From Pseudomonadota bacterium (lineage in GTDB: Bacteria > Pseudomonadota > Gammaproteobacteria > Burkholderiales > Casimicrobiaceae): a DNA stretch of 64,000 nt. The notes beneath the pieces were generated by a model. It worked only from the letters and a program-made list of their open reading frames with translations. It searched no databases and had not been told where the DNA came from. Positions 45,965-55,786 of the stretch are shown here, piece after piece. Positions within the stretch are counted from its first letter, which is position 1. Every line of letters starts with the position of its first letter. The stretch is taken from positions 12,888 to 76,887 of the forward strand of contig JBEPUI010000009.1 of NCBI GenBank assembly GCA_041691615.1. Direction: 5' to 3'. The position numbers and the translations under genes are program-made.

Positions 45965-45998
45965 AAAAACAAAACCCCGGCAGACTGCGCCGGGGTTT
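45965..45998 (-). terminator. Rho-independent terminator after the comEA-like genes
   Basis: aaaccccggc/gccggggttt stem followed by a T-rich tract on the minus strand. Confidence 0.75.
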
Positions 45999-46019
45999 GA
46001 ACAAAACAGAATCGAGTGC

Positions 46020-46847
46020 TTACTTGGCTGCCTTGGCGGCGTCCTTGTCGGCCTTGGCCTTTGCAGCCTTGTCGGCTTTTGCCTTGGCCTTTTCGTCCTT
46101 GTCGGCTTGGGCTTTCGCAGCCTTCGCTTCCTTGTCGGCCTTGGCCATCGCGGCCTTGTCGGCCTTCGCCTTGGCTTTTGCATCCTTGTCGGCCTTGGCC
46201 TGGTCCGCCTTGCTCATCGCAGGCGCTGCGGCTGCCGGCGCTGCGGCCTTGGCCGCATTCGCGGCCGGCTTGCCCGCCTTGGCATCCTTGGCAGCCTTGG
46301 CGCTGGCGGCTTTTTCTTCCTTGGCCTTCGCCTTGGCTTCCTTGTCGGCCTTGGCTTTTTCCGCCTTGGTCATCGTCGCAGGAGCAGCCATGGCGCCCGT
46401 TGCAGCGGCGGCAGGTGCGCCCTTGCCCATCGACGACGGCGCGGCCGGGGCTGTGGGTGCAGCAGGCACGGCCTTGGTTGCGGGCGCCATGGGTGCTGCA
46501 GGCGCAGCCTTGGTTGCCGGCGCCATGGGTGCTGCCGGTGCAGCAGGCGCGGCCTTGGCTGCGGGTGCCGCCGGCGCTGCCTTGACGGGAGTAGTCGCGC
46601 CACTGACGGCGATGTCGCCCTTGACCTTGCCGAAGATGCCTTCCTTGATGCCGTTGACCTTCATGATGTCGTCGGTCGAACGGAACGGCCCATTGGCTTG
46701 ACGATAATCAATGATCGCCTGAGCCTTGACCGGGCCGATATCCGGCAGTGCTTCCAGTTCTTCCTTGGACGCCGTATTGATGTTGACCGCTGCCAGTGCG
46801 ATGCAAGACCAGATCATCGCGACCAGCGCGAACAAAAAACGATTCAT
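46020..46847 (-). CDS. ComEA-family helix-hairpin-helix protein with long Ala/Lys/Pro repeat tail
   Basis: Signal peptide, VNINTAS.EEL..LPDIGPVKAQAII.YR..NGPF, then about 185 aa of A/K/P/D/E repeats. Confidence 0.85.
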   Translation of the reverse strand: MNRFLFALVAMIWSCIALAAVNINTASKEELEALPDIGPVKAQAIIDYRQANGPFRSTDDIMKVNGIKEGIFGKVKGDIAVSGATTPVKAAPAAPAAKAAPAAPAAPMAPATKAAPAAPMAPATKAVPAAPTAPAAPSSMGKGAPAAAATGAMAAPATMTKAEKAKADKEAKAKAKEEKAASAKAAKDAKAGKPAANAAKAAAPAAAAPAMSKADQAKADKDAKAKAKADKAAMAKADKEAKAAKAQADKDEKAKAKADKAAKAKADKDAAKAAK

Positions 46848-46989
46848 GCAACCTCCGAACCCGAATTAGGCGGAATGCCGCCCCAGCGCGGCGAAAGCCG
46901 CCAGCACGGCCCCCTTAACGGGGAAGTGGGGTCGCGGGTTGACCGATGGGAACTTTTGCCGTGATTTCGAGGTCCGGAGGCGCCGTCCG

Positions 46990-47328
46990 CTATTTTCCGG
47001 TCTTGACGTCGCCGCTCGCCACGCGTGCCGGACGGGCGTCGGCATGCGCGGATTTGGCGGCTGCCGGATGTATCGCCATCGGCGTGACGACGAGGTCGGC
47101 CTTCAACTTCTCGAAGCGCTTGGCGCCGATGCCCTTTACGTCCTTCAGCTCATCGACTTTGCGGAAACCCCCGTGCTGGGTGCGATAGTCGATGATCGCC
47201 TGCGCCTTGGCTGGGCCGATTCCGGGCAGTGCGATGAGCTCGTCGGACGTGGCCGTATTGAGATTGACCGCGGCGCCTGCCGATTGCATGAACAACGCCA
47301 GCGCGAGCGCCGGCAGCAACTTGTGCAT
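46990..47328 (-). CDS. comEA: ComEA-family helix-hairpin-helix protein (short)
   Basis: Signal peptide, VNLNTAT.DEL..LPGIGPAKAQAII.YR, VKGIG; SD ggagga. Confidence 0.85.
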   Translation of the reverse strand: MHKLLPALALALFMQSAGAAVNLNTATSDELIALPGIGPAKAQAIIDYRTQHGGFRKVDELKDVKGIGAKRFEKLKADLVVTPMAIHPAAAKSAHADARPARVASGDVKTGK

Positions 47329-47393
47329 CGTATCCTCCGTTTGACGTGATGTAGGGTTGCCGCGCGGCCGGGTCGCCGGCGCGCGGACAACGG

Positions 47394-48410
47394 TCACGCT
47401 ACGCGGACGGACCCCTCCTTCGATATCAGCCATTCGACGTAGCGGCGCACGCCTTCGCCGACGTCCTGCATCGGTGCGGTGTACCCAGCCTCGCGCAAGC
47501 GCGCGATGTCGGCCTGCGTGAAGCTCTGGTACTTGTCCGCCAGCCCGTCGGGGAACGGCACGTACTGGATCGCGCCTTCGCGCACCAGATCGTCGAGCGC
47601 GGCCGGCGGCTTGCCGTCCGCCGCGCGACACGCGTTGATCGTCGCCATCGCGACGCTGTTGAACGTCGACGCGCCACCGCTGCCGAGGTTGAAGATGCCG
47701 CTCTTCTGCGGCGCGTCGTGGAAAGCCAGGTTGACCTTCACGACGTCGTCGACCGCGACGAAATCGCGCCGCTGCTCGCCCGCGGCATAGCCGCCGGACG
47801 CCTCGAACAGCGTGACGCGCCCATCGCGACGATATTGCTCGTAGGCGTTGAACGCCACCGACGAGCCGCGGCCGCGCTTGTGCGCCTCGCGCGGACCGTA
47901 CACGTTGAAATAACGGAACCCCGCGATCTGCGCCGTTCGATCGGCCAGCAGGCCACGCACGTACTGGTCGAACAGGAATTTCGAATAGGCGTAGATGTTG
48001 AGCGGCGCCTCGTGCTCGCGGCCCTCGCGAAATGTCGTGCCGGCGCCGTACACCGACGCGCTCGACGCATACAGGAACGGAATGTCGTTGTCCTGGCAGT
48101 AGTTGACGAGCGCCACCGAGTACCGGTAGTTGTTCTGCATCATGTAGCGGCCGTCGGTCTGCATCGTGTCCGAGCATGCGCCCTCATGGAACATCGCGGC
48201 GATGTCGTCGTCGAAGTCGCCTTCGCCGAGCCGCGCCAGGAATTCCGCCTTGTCGAAATACTCGGCGATCTCGCAGTCGACGAGATTGGCGAACTTGGCG
48301 GCGTTGGTGAAATTATCGACGGCGATGATCTGCCGCTCGCCGCGCGCGTTCAGCCCCTTGACCAGGTTGGAGCCGATGAATCCCGCGGCGCCGGTGACGA
48401 CTATGTACAT
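47394..48410 (-). CDS. hldD: ADP-L-glycero-D-manno-heptose 6-epimerase
   Basis: [44 protein letters not shown]. Confidence 0.95.
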   Translation of the reverse strand: MYIVVTGAAGFIGSNLVKGLNARGERQIIAVDNFTNAAKFANLVDCEIAEYFDKAEFLARLGEGDFDDDIAAMFHEGACSDTMQTDGRYMMQNNYRYSVALVNYCQDNDIPFLYASSASVYGAGTTFREGREHEAPLNIYAYSKFLFDQYVRGLLADRTAQIAGFRYFNVYGPREAHKRGRGSSVAFNAYEQYRRDGRVTLFEASGGYAAGEQRRDFVAVDDVVKVNLAFHDAPQKSGIFNLGSGGASTFNSVAMATINACRAADGKPPAALDDLVREGAIQYVPFPDGLADKYQSFTQADIARLREAGYTAPMQDVGEGVRRYVEWLISKEGSVRVA

Positions 48411-48422
48411 GTTGTTCGCACC

Positions 48423-49517
48423 TCAAAGCTCCAGGTCGACGCGGCCGACTTCGGTGGCGACACAACGCACCCGCGGCGCGACGTTGCACATCAGTTGGTA
48501 GCCGACGGTCGATGCCGCAGCGGCGACATCGTCGATCGGCAAGCCTTCCCCCCACAGCACGACCGGACTGCCGACGTGCGCCTCGGGCACTTCGGTCAGG
48601 TCGACGGTCATCATGTCCATCGAAACGCGCCCCGCCATGCGTACGCGCTTGCCGCACACCAGCACCGGCGTGCCGTTGGGCGCGTGGCGCGGATAGCCAT
48701 CGGCGTAACCGCCGGCGATCACGCCGATGCGATGCGGCCGCGACGCCGTGTAGTTCGCGCCGTAGCCGACGATGTCCTGCGCACGCAGCTCCTGCACGCC
48801 GATGATTTCGGAGCGCAGCGTCATCACCGGTCGCAAGCCGAGCATTTCGGCGGCGTCGAACGGGAACGGCGATGCGCCATACAGCATGATGCCGGGACGC
48901 ACGATGTCGCCGCCGACCTCGTCGTAGCGAATCACGCCGGCGGAATTGGCGATCGAGCGGGGATACGGAAGGCCGCTGCACGCGGCATCGAACACCGCCA
49001 GCGGTTCCTTGATGCCGTCGTCATCTTCGGCGCGGGCGAGATGCGTCATCACGCGCAACGCCGCCACCGAGGGCGCGTGCGCCAGCCGGTCGCACACCGC
49101 GCGTGCATCCTGCGGCGCGAAGCCCAGCCGATTCATGCCGGTGTTGATCTTGACGAAGACCTCGAGCGGCCGTGGCAGCACGGCCTTTTCGAGCATGCGC
49201 AATTGCTCGGCGTCGTGCACGACGGTGGCGAGCCGATGCGCCGCGATCTGCGCGAGCTCGCGCTCCTCGAAGAAGCCCTCGAGCAGCAGCACTCGCCGCG
49301 TGTAGTGCATTTCGCGAAGGCGCAGTGCGCTGTCGAGCTCGAGCAGCGCGAGCCCGTCCGCGTCCTCGAGGGCCGGCAGCACGCGGGTCAGACCGTGTCC
49401 GTAGGCGTTGGCCTTGACGACCGCGAGCACCTGCGCCTTGGGTGCCTTGGCGCGCACCAGCGCCAGATTGGCGCGCAGTGCACCAAGATTGATCTGGGCA
49501 AAGAGCGGTCGAGCCAT
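48423..49517 (-). CDS. alr: Alanine racemase
   Basis: AVVKANAYGHG, KINTGMNRLG, VRPGIMLYG, GYADG, GRVSMDM. Confidence 0.96.
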   Translation of the reverse strand: MARPLFAQINLGALRANLALVRAKAPKAQVLAVVKANAYGHGLTRVLPALEDADGLALLELDSALRLREMHYTRRVLLLEGFFEERELAQIAAHRLATVVHDAEQLRMLEKAVLPRPLEVFVKINTGMNRLGFAPQDARAVCDRLAHAPSVAALRVMTHLARAEDDDGIKEPLAVFDAACSGLPYPRSIANSAGVIRYDEVGGDIVRPGIMLYGASPFPFDAAEMLGLRPVMTLRSEIIGVQELRAQDIVGYGANYTASRPHRIGVIAGGYADGYPRHAPNGTPVLVCGKRVRMAGRVSMDMMTVDLTEVPEAHVGSPVVLWGEGLPIDDVAAAASTVGYQLMCNVAPRVRCVATEVGRVDLEL

Positions 49518-49734
49518 CGGTCACGCGTGTCGTGGCATACAAGACCGCAGCCCGGTCGGCTTCACGATTGGTGCGCCACGCTCCATTCTAGAGCGGGACG
49601 CCCAACAAAACATGGTATAAAACCGCGGGCTTGCAGCGAATGCATTTGATTATACCCAAAGGCACGACCTTGCCGTCCCTGTCCTCACGAAACCGCAGAC
49701 GCCTACGCATTCGCATCGTCCCGATTCCGCCGTC

Positions 49735-51003
49735 ATGAAGCGAGGCTTCTACACGATCCTGGCGGCGCAGTTCTTCAGCTCGCTCGCCGACAACGCGCTG
49801 GTCTACGCCTCGATCGCCCTGCTGGTCGAGATGGCCGAGCCGTCGTGGATGCAACCGGCATTGAAGCAGTGCCTCGCGCTGCCCTATGTGCTGCTGGCGC
49901 CAATCGTCGGCGCATTCGCCGACTCGATGCCGAAAGGCCGCGTGATGCTGCTGACCAACTCGCTCAAGTTCGTCGGCTGCGTGATGATCCTGTTCAAGCT
50001 GCATCCGCTGTTCGCGACGGCGATCGTCGGCATCGGCGCCGCAGCTTATTCGCCTGCGAAGTACGGAATCCTCACCGAGCTGCTGCCGCCCAGCCACCTC
50101 GTCATCGCCAACGGCTGGATGGAAGGTGCGACGGTCGGCTCGATCCTGCTTGGAAACCTGCTGGGCGGAATCCTGTTGAGCCCGAGGATTTCCACCGCGC
50201 TTCTGGGCTTCGACTTTCCCGGCATCGACACCGGCATTGATACGCCCTCGACCGCCGCGGTGAGCGTCATCCTGTTGTTCTATGCAATCGCGGCGTTCGT
50301 CAACTGCTTCATACCCGACACCGGCGTCGACCGCCGCGTGCCGAGCAAGAACCCGCTGTTCCTGGCCCGCGAGTTCGGCCACTGCGTATCGCTGTTGTGG
50401 CGCGACCGGCTTGGCCAGATCTCGCTGGCGACGACGACGCTGTTCTGGGGTGCCGGCGCCACGCTGCAATACATCGTGATCGACTGGACCCGCGCCGCGT
50501 TCGGCTATTCGCTGACCCAGGCGTCGTACCTGATGGGCGTGGTGTCGGTAGGCATCGCGCTCGGCGCCATCGCCGCGGCGCGCCTGGTGCGGTTGCAGAG
50601 CGCCGCGCGCGTTCTTCCGCTGGGCATTGCGATGGGCGTCGCGGTGATGCTCGTCACGTTCGTCACGAGCATTCCATTGGCGCTGGTGTTCATGGTGTTG
50701 ATCGGCGCGATCGGTGGATTCTTCGTCGTGCCGATGAACGCGCTGCTGCAGCACCGCGGCCACGTGCTGATGGGCGCCGGCCACTCGATCGCCGTGCAGA
50801 ACTTCAATGAGAACATCGGCATTTTCGTGATGGTGGGCCTGTACGGAATGATGGCGCACATGGGGCTGTCGGTGTACGTGGCCATCGTGATGTTCGGCCT
50901 GTTCGTGGCCGCATGCATGCTGCTGGTGATCTGGCGGTACCGGCACAACTGCTCTCACTCCGACCTGTCGCACCTAATCGCGATCGAGCGCGCGAACCAC
51001 TGA
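49735..51003 (+). CDS. lplT: Lysophospholipid transporter (MFS)
   Basis: AQFFSSLADNAL, SPAKYGILTE, VVPMNALLQHRG, GHSIAVQNFNEN. Confidence 0.93.
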   Translation: MKRGFYTILAAQFFSSLADNALVYASIALLVEMAEPSWMQPALKQCLALPYVLLAPIVGAFADSMPKGRVMLLTNSLKFVGCVMILFKLHPLFATAIVGIGAAAYSPAKYGILTELLPPSHLVIANGWMEGATVGSILLGNLLGGILLSPRISTALLGFDFPGIDTGIDTPSTAAVSVILLFYAIAAFVNCFIPDTGVDRRVPSKNPLFLAREFGHCVSLLWRDRLGQISLATTTLFWGAGATLQYIVIDWTRAAFGYSLTQASYLMGVVSVGIALGAIAAARLVRLQSAARVLPLGIAMGVAVMLVTFVTSIPLALVFMVLIGAIGGFFVVPMNALLQHRGHVLMGAGHSIAVQNFNENIGIFVMVGLYGMMAHMGLSVYVAIVMFGLFVAACMLLVIWRYRHNCSHSDLSHLIAIERANH

Positions 51004-51013
51004 TTTTTGCGTG

Positions 51014-51311
51014 GGTCGTTGCGAAACGACCGTGAGGTCGTTGAGAAACGACCGTCCGTCGCGTGTTCAGGCGAGCCACAAGTGCGGCCCTTCCGCTTCG
51101 TTCCTCGATCGACGATGGTGATCGTCGACACTCCTCGTCAAGGCGCTACAGGTTCTTCAATTGTGTCGCGCGTGCATATCGGATCGCCGGGTGCATTGTT
51201 ACATCGACAGACGCCAGGTTCGTGGCTGCCCCCGCACTCTTTGTGCGCTGCGGGCTCCGAACTGGCGTCTCGCTCGACGGAAGCTGCGCGAGCGTTGACA
51301 GGCGCTACAGG
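51014..51311. other. Hairpin-rich intergenic segment between convergent genes (candidate ncRNA or REP/MITE-like element)
   Basis: Twin GNRA hairpins at 51014-51031 and 51036-51053; hairpins at 51109-51128 and 51209-51270; 12-bp direct repeat aggcgctacagg at 51141 and 51300. Confidence 0.4.
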
Positions 51312-51808
51312 ATGACCGGCTGATCGGGTAGTTCGTTGCGCGCGGCGTCGGGATCGTGCGCGAATCGCTTCGCGATCACCGCGGCGCTGGCGCGAATGCC
51401 GTCGATCACGCCGTCGACATGCCTGCCGGCCGCGCATGCGCGCTCGATGTCGGCGCAGATCGCCTGCCATTGCGCGTCGAAATCACCGCCCGCAATTGCG
51501 CGGTCGGCAACGATCTCGACATCACGGTCGGCGAGCAGCAGGTATATCAGCACGCCGTTGTTGCGCGCGGTGTCCCACACCTTGAGCAGCCCGAACACCT
51601 CGAGCGCGCGCTGGCGCGGCGTCACATTGCGGTGCACGCGGGCCAGCGGCAGCGCCGATTCGACGGCGAACACGATTTGCCCGCCATGCGCCTTCTCGGT
51701 GTCGGCGATCGCGCGTTCGACGCGCTGCAGCGCATCCGCCGAAAATATCCGCCGCACGGAATGATGATCGGTGACCACATGCTTCAGGAAGCGGGCCGCG
51801 TGCGCCAT
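51305..51808 (-). CDS. TPM-domain protein (DUF477-like, short)
   Basis: GQIVFAVE, RALEVF..LKVWDTARNNGVLIYLL.ADR.VEI.AD. Confidence 0.88.
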   Translation of the reverse strand: MAHAARFLKHVVTDHHSVRRIFSADALQRVERAIADTEKAHGGQIVFAVESALPLARVHRNVTPRQRALEVFGLLKVWDTARNNGVLIYLLLADRDVEIVADRAIAGGDFDAQWQAICADIERACAAGRHVDGVIDGIRASAAVIAKRFAHDPDAARNELPDQPVIL

Positions 51809-52779
51809 CACCAGCCTCCCGACGCGCCGCCGCCGCCGAAGCTGCCACCACCGCCGCTGAATCCACCGCCGCCACTGCCACCAAATCCACCGCCGCCGAA
51901 TCCGCCGCCGCCACCACCGAATCCGCCAGGGAAGATGCCGCCGCGCCCGCCGCGCGTGAGTCCGCCGCCGCCGCCGAAGAACAACATCACCAGCAGCGAC
52001 ACCACGCCCGCGATGCCCGCGAGCGCCAGCGAGCCGACCAGGAACCAAGCGACCGCGCCGACAATGCCGCCGCCGATGGTCGAGCCGAACAGCTTGCCGA
52101 AGATCGCCTTGAGGATCCCGCCGAAGACCGGAATGACGACAAACAGCAATATGAAGATCAGGCCGGGATCGAAGTTCGATGCCTTGCCGCGCTTGCCGCG
52201 CTGGGTCAACGGCGGAGGCGCCGACACCTCGCCGCTCTTCGTGAGTATGTCGGTCACGCGATCGATGCCGGCATCGATGCCGGCCGCGAACTTGTTCTGC
52301 CCGAACAGCGGCGCGACGGTGTCACCGATCACGCCGCGCGCCAACGCATCGGGCAGCACGCCTTCGTACCCGTAGCCGACTTCGAATCGCATCTTGCGAT
52401 CGTTCTTGGCGATCAGGAACAGGATGCCGTTGTCCTGCCCCTTGCGGCCGATCTTCCACGCTTCGGCGACGCGGATCGAATACGACTCGATCGGCTCGGG
52501 TTGCGTCGAAGGCACCATCAGCACGACCAGCTGGCCACCGGTTTTCTGCTCGAACGTGCCGATGCGACCCTCGATCTCGCTGCGCTCGTCGGGTGTCAGC
52601 GTGCCGGTGGCGTCGGTGACCCGAGCAGTCAGTGCCGGAATGGGTGCGAGGCCGCCCGTGGCGGGCTCCCAAGCGGCGAGCGAAGGCATCGCGGCGAGCG
52701 CGAATGCGGCCAGCGCAAGACTACGCAAGCTGCATGCTTTCATCGGAATGGGCGATTCGATCGAGATTGCGGCCGCCAC
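51808..52779 (-). CDS. TPM-domain membrane protein (YgcG-like) with Gly-rich tail
   Basis: RVTDATGTL, AWKIGRKGQDNG, EVGYGYEG.LPD, GGGSFGGGGASGGW; exact start uncertain. Confidence 0.88.
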   Translation of the reverse strand: MAAAISIESPIPMKACSLRSLALAAFALAAMPSLAAWEPATGGLAPIPALTARVTDATGTLTPDERSEIEGRIGTFEQKTGGQLVVLMVPSTQPEPIESYSIRVAEAWKIGRKGQDNGILFLIAKNDRKMRFEVGYGYEGVLPDALARGVIGDTVAPLFGQNKFAAGIDAGIDRVTDILTKSGEVSAPPPLTQRGKRGKASNFDPGLIFILLFVVIPVFGGILKAIFGKLFGSTIGGGIVGAVAWFLVGSLALAGIAGVVSLLVMLFFGGGGGLTRGGRGGIFPGGFGGGGGGFGGGGFGGSGGGGFSGGGGSFGGGGASGGW

Positions 52780-52828
52780 GCCACCTGTTTCAAAGGTGGC
52801 GGGCGGTGCGCATCGGCGACGACGATCG

Positions 52829-53500
52829 CTATTTCTGCGGGGCCGGGGCCGGTACGGCGGGCGCCGAAGGTGCCTGCGCCGGTGTCGCAGGAGCCGGCTG
52901 GCCGGTCGAGCGGTTGAAGTCGACGGTGGGCGGACGGCTGACCGCCGCTTCGTCGGCGACGGTGAAGTTGGGCTTCAACTCCATCTTGAACAGCATGGCC
53001 GTCAGGTTGGTCGGGAACGAGCGCACGGTCGAGTTGAACGCCTGCACCGAATCGATATACCGCTTTCTCGCCACGGTGATGCGATTCTCGGTGCCTTCGA
53101 GCTGCGCCTGCAAGTCGCGGAACAATTGGTCGGACTTGAGGTTCGGATAGTTTTCGGCGACCAGCATCAGCCGCGACAACGAGCCCTGCAACTGGTTTTG
53201 CGCGGCGATGAACTTCTGGAAGGCGACCGGATCGTTGATCAGCTCGGGGGTGGCCTTGATCGCGCCCACGCTCGCGCGCGCATTGGTCACTTCGGTCAGC
53301 ACGCGTTCTTCCTGAGCCGCATAGCCTTTGACCGTGTTGACGAGGTTCGGCACCAGATCGGCCCGGCGCTGGTACTGGTTCAGCACTTCGGACCAGGCGG
53401 CCTTGATCTGCTCGTCCTGCTGCTGAAGCTGGTTGTAGCCGCAGCCGGACAGCGACAACAGCACCAGCACACCGACCAACGCAGCAAGCTTGTTCAACAT
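52829..53500 (-). CDS. lemA: LemA family protein
   Basis: SGCGYN, YQRRADLVPNLV, ENYPNLKS, LEGTENRI. Confidence 0.93.
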   Translation of the reverse strand: MLNKLAALVGVLVLLSLSGCGYNQLQQQDEQIKAAWSEVLNQYQRRADLVPNLVNTVKGYAAQEERVLTEVTNARASVGAIKATPELINDPVAFQKFIAAQNQLQGSLSRLMLVAENYPNLKSDQLFRDLQAQLEGTENRITVARKRYIDSVQAFNSTVRSFPTNLTAMLFKMELKPNFTVADEAAVSRPPTVDFNRSTGQPAPATPAQAPSAPAVPAPAPQK

Positions 53501-53641
53501 GAATCCTCCCCACGATTTAAGCGGTACGGGCAACGCTTTCGCCCGCGATGCGAACTATGGGGGCGGCTTGTGCGGAGCGCAAGCCTCGCACGCCACCCCT
53601 TCCCCATGTTTTCCATCGGCGCACGTCACGACAACGACGCT

Positions 53642-54514
53642 TCAGGCCGCCGCTGCGCGCCTCGCCAGCAGCAGATCCTCCCACGCCTTCGCCTTTTCGG
53701 GCAGGCTGCGCAAGAGATAGGCAGGATGATAAGTCACGACCAGTGGCACATCACCGTAGCGATGCACGCGACCGCGCAGGCTGGCGATCGACGCGTCCTG
53801 CCCCAGGAGCAGCGTCGCGGCACTCTTGCCGAGCGCGACGATGACACGCGGTGCGATCAGCTCGATTTGCCGCAGCAGATAGGGTTGGCAGGCGTTGGTT
53901 TCCGCGGGCTCGGGCGTGCGATTGTTCGGCGGCCGGCATTTGAGGACGTTGGCGATGTAGACCTTGTGGGTGCGCGACAATCCCAAGGCGGCCAGCATGT
54001 TGTCGAGCAGGCGTCCGGCCTGGCCGACGAAGGGTTCGCCGCGCGCATCCTCTTCGGCGCCCGGCGCCTCGCCGATGAAAAGCCAGTCGGCGGTGGGATC
54101 GCCAACGCCGGGAACGGCGAGCTTGCGCGACTTGCACAAGCCGCAGGCCGTGCATGCACGTGCGTCGGCCGCCAGTTCGTCGAGCGACATCGAAGCGATG
54201 CGCGCCAGACGCGCAGGATCGGTCGCGTCCTGCGTCGGCGGGGATAGTGCTTGCGCGTGAAATCCGACGCCCGCGGGCTCGCGCAGCATGGGCACGGGCG
54301 GCGATGAATCGCGTACGTGATTCGACGGCGGGCGTTGGGGCGCGTCCGTTTGATGCGGCGCTTCAACCGCGATCGAAGGACTGGCTGGACCGGTGCGCAC
54401 TCCCATTGGACCGCTGCGCATCCCGACGGGACCGCTGCGCACCCCATTAGGACCGGTGCGCACCCAAAGCGGTGCGAGCTTGAGCTCGCGCAGGACGTCG
54501 TCGCGACTGGCCAT
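53642..54514 (-). CDS. Uracil-DNA glycosylase family 4
   Basis: C..C.LC Fe-S motif, IGEAPG..ED..GEPFVG.AG, KCRPP.NR, TYHPAYLLR. Confidence 0.92.
   Translation of the reverse strand: MASRDDVLRELKLAPLWVRTGPNGVRSGPVGMRSGPMGVRTGPASPSIAVEAPHQTDAPQRPPSNHVRDSSPPVPMLREPAGVGFHAQALSPPTQDATDPARLARIASMSLDELAADARACTACGLCKSRKLAVPGVGDPTADWLFIGEAPGAEEDARGEPFVGQAGRLLDNMLAALGLSRTHKVYIANVLKCRPPNNRTPEPAETNACQPYLLRQIELIAPRVIVALGKSAATLLLGQDASIASLRGRVHRYGDVPLVVTYHPAYLLRSLPEKAKAWEDLLLARRAAAA
54387..54470. repeat. 4 x 21-bp in-frame tandem repeat in the UDG N-terminal linker
   Basis: ggaccg(g/c)tgcgca... units start at 54387, 54408, 54429 and 54450; they encode (W)VRTGP-NGVRSGP-VGMRSGP-MGVRTGP. Confidence 0.85.
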
Positions 54515-54516
54515 TG

Positions 54517-55017
54517 TCACGCGTCGTTGGCCGCGCCGAGCGAGCGCCGCATCACCAGCGCGTCTTCGCACGGCGTCGTCGCGGTCGCGGGATAGTAGCC
54601 ATCGCGCCGGCCCACCATGTTGAAACCCTCGCTCGTGTAAAGCGCCAGCGCCGGAGCGTTGGACGCGCGCACTTCGAGGAAGCATTGCTCGGCGCCGCGA
54701 TCACGCGCCGCGCCCAGGAAGCGCTTCAGCATGATGCGGCCAAGACCGCTGCGCCGATGATCGGGCACCACCGACAGGTTGAGGATCTGCGCCTCGCCGG
54801 GCGCGAGCATCAGCACGCCGAACGCGATAATGCGATGCTCGCGTTCGCCCACCAGCGTCTGGTAGCCGGCGAACAGGGCGTCGCGAAAATTGCCGAGGCT
54901 CCACGGTGCGGCGTGGATCTGCGACTCGAGCGCGGCGACGTAGGCGAGATCCTCGTTCGCCAGCGGCCGCCATACGATGGAGGCGAGCGGCGGATCGAAT
55001 CGCGGCAGCGATGCCAT
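54517..55017 (-). CDS. rimI: Ribosomal protein S18 alanine N-acetyltransferase
   Basis: PWS.GNF, EAQILNLSV, FLEVRASN..A..LY...GF...GRR.GYY. Confidence 0.9.
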   Translation of the reverse strand: MASLPRFDPPLASIVWRPLANEDLAYVAALESQIHAAPWSLGNFRDALFAGYQTLVGEREHRIIAFGVLMLAPGEAQILNLSVVPDHRRSGLGRIMLKRFLGAARDRGAEQCFLEVRASNAPALALYTSEGFNMVGRRDGYYPATATTPCEDALVMRRSLGAANDA

Positions 55018-55022
55018 GGCAC

Positions 55023-55712
55023 CTACAGCCGCAATCCGGCGTCGCGCTCGATGCTGGTCAGCGCGACTCGGTGGCGCACGTACACGGGCAGCGCGTCGCG
55101 CGCCGCGACCGCCTCACCGGCGGCCACTCGCGGCAGCGCCAGCATGCCCACCGCGCGCGCGGTCGGTCGCGCTTCGGTCGACACGCTCAACAATCCAAGT
55201 CGCGTGGCAACCTCGGGATATTGCGCGAATCCGTCGCCCGCGCCGGCCCACGCGCCCGGCGGCGCGCAGACATCGGCAGGCCTGATCACGTCGGGCGCCA
55301 GCACGGCGCTCCAGCCCTGACTCCCACGCTGGTAGGCCGCGACATAGACCTCGCGCATCCGCGCATCCAGCATCGCGAAGACGCGCTCGGTGCCATCGGC
55401 CAGCCACGACGCTTCGGCCAGCGCCTCCAGCGTGCAGACCGGAACCACCGGCAGCGACGCACCCAGCGCCAGGCCCTGCGCGACGCCGCAGGCGATGCGC
55501 ACACCGGTGAATGCACCCGGACCGGCACCGAACGCGATCGCATCGAGATCGCGCAATCGCCAGCCGGCGTCGGCGAGCGCCTCGCGGATCAGCGGCATCA
55601 CGCGCTCCGAATGTGCGTTGCTGGCGAGCTCGTCGCGCAGGTGCCACGAGCCGCCATCGCCGACGGCGACGGAGATCCACGCGGTGGATGAATCGAGTGC
55701 CAGCAGCTTCAT
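55023..55712 (-). CDS. tsaB: t6A biosynthesis protein TsaB
   Basis: [31 protein letters not shown]. Confidence 0.93.
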   Translation of the reverse strand: MKLLALDSSTAWISVAVGDGGSWHLRDELASNAHSERVMPLIREALADAGWRLRDLDAIAFGAGPGAFTGVRIACGVAQGLALGASLPVVPVCTLEALAEASWLADGTERVFAMLDARMREVYVAAYQRGSQGWSAVLAPDVIRPADVCAPPGAWAGAGDGFAQYPEVATRLGLLSVSTEARPTARAVGMLALPRVAAGEAVAARDALPVYVRHRVALTSIERDAGLRL

Positions 55713-55786
55713 GGCGTGCATTTTACGCCAGCCCGCGTAGCGCTCGCACGGTAAAATGGCAGGCTTTCTGCAAACCCACGCCACGC

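Noticed and set aside
45922-46701. Ala/Leu-rich plus-strand ORF resembling a membrane protein
   Set aside because: It is the antisense reading of the Lys/Ala repeat tail of the comEA-like gene.
51004-51311. Assignment as 6S RNA, RNase P RNA, SRP RNA or tmRNA
   Set aside because: The hallmark motifs I looked for (GAGGAAAGUCC, CAGGUCCGGAAGGAAGCAGC, a tRNA-like end) are absent; left unassigned.
54387-54470. Possible mini-CRISPR
   Set aside because: The units are contiguous with no spacers, lie in frame inside UDG, and no cas genes are present.
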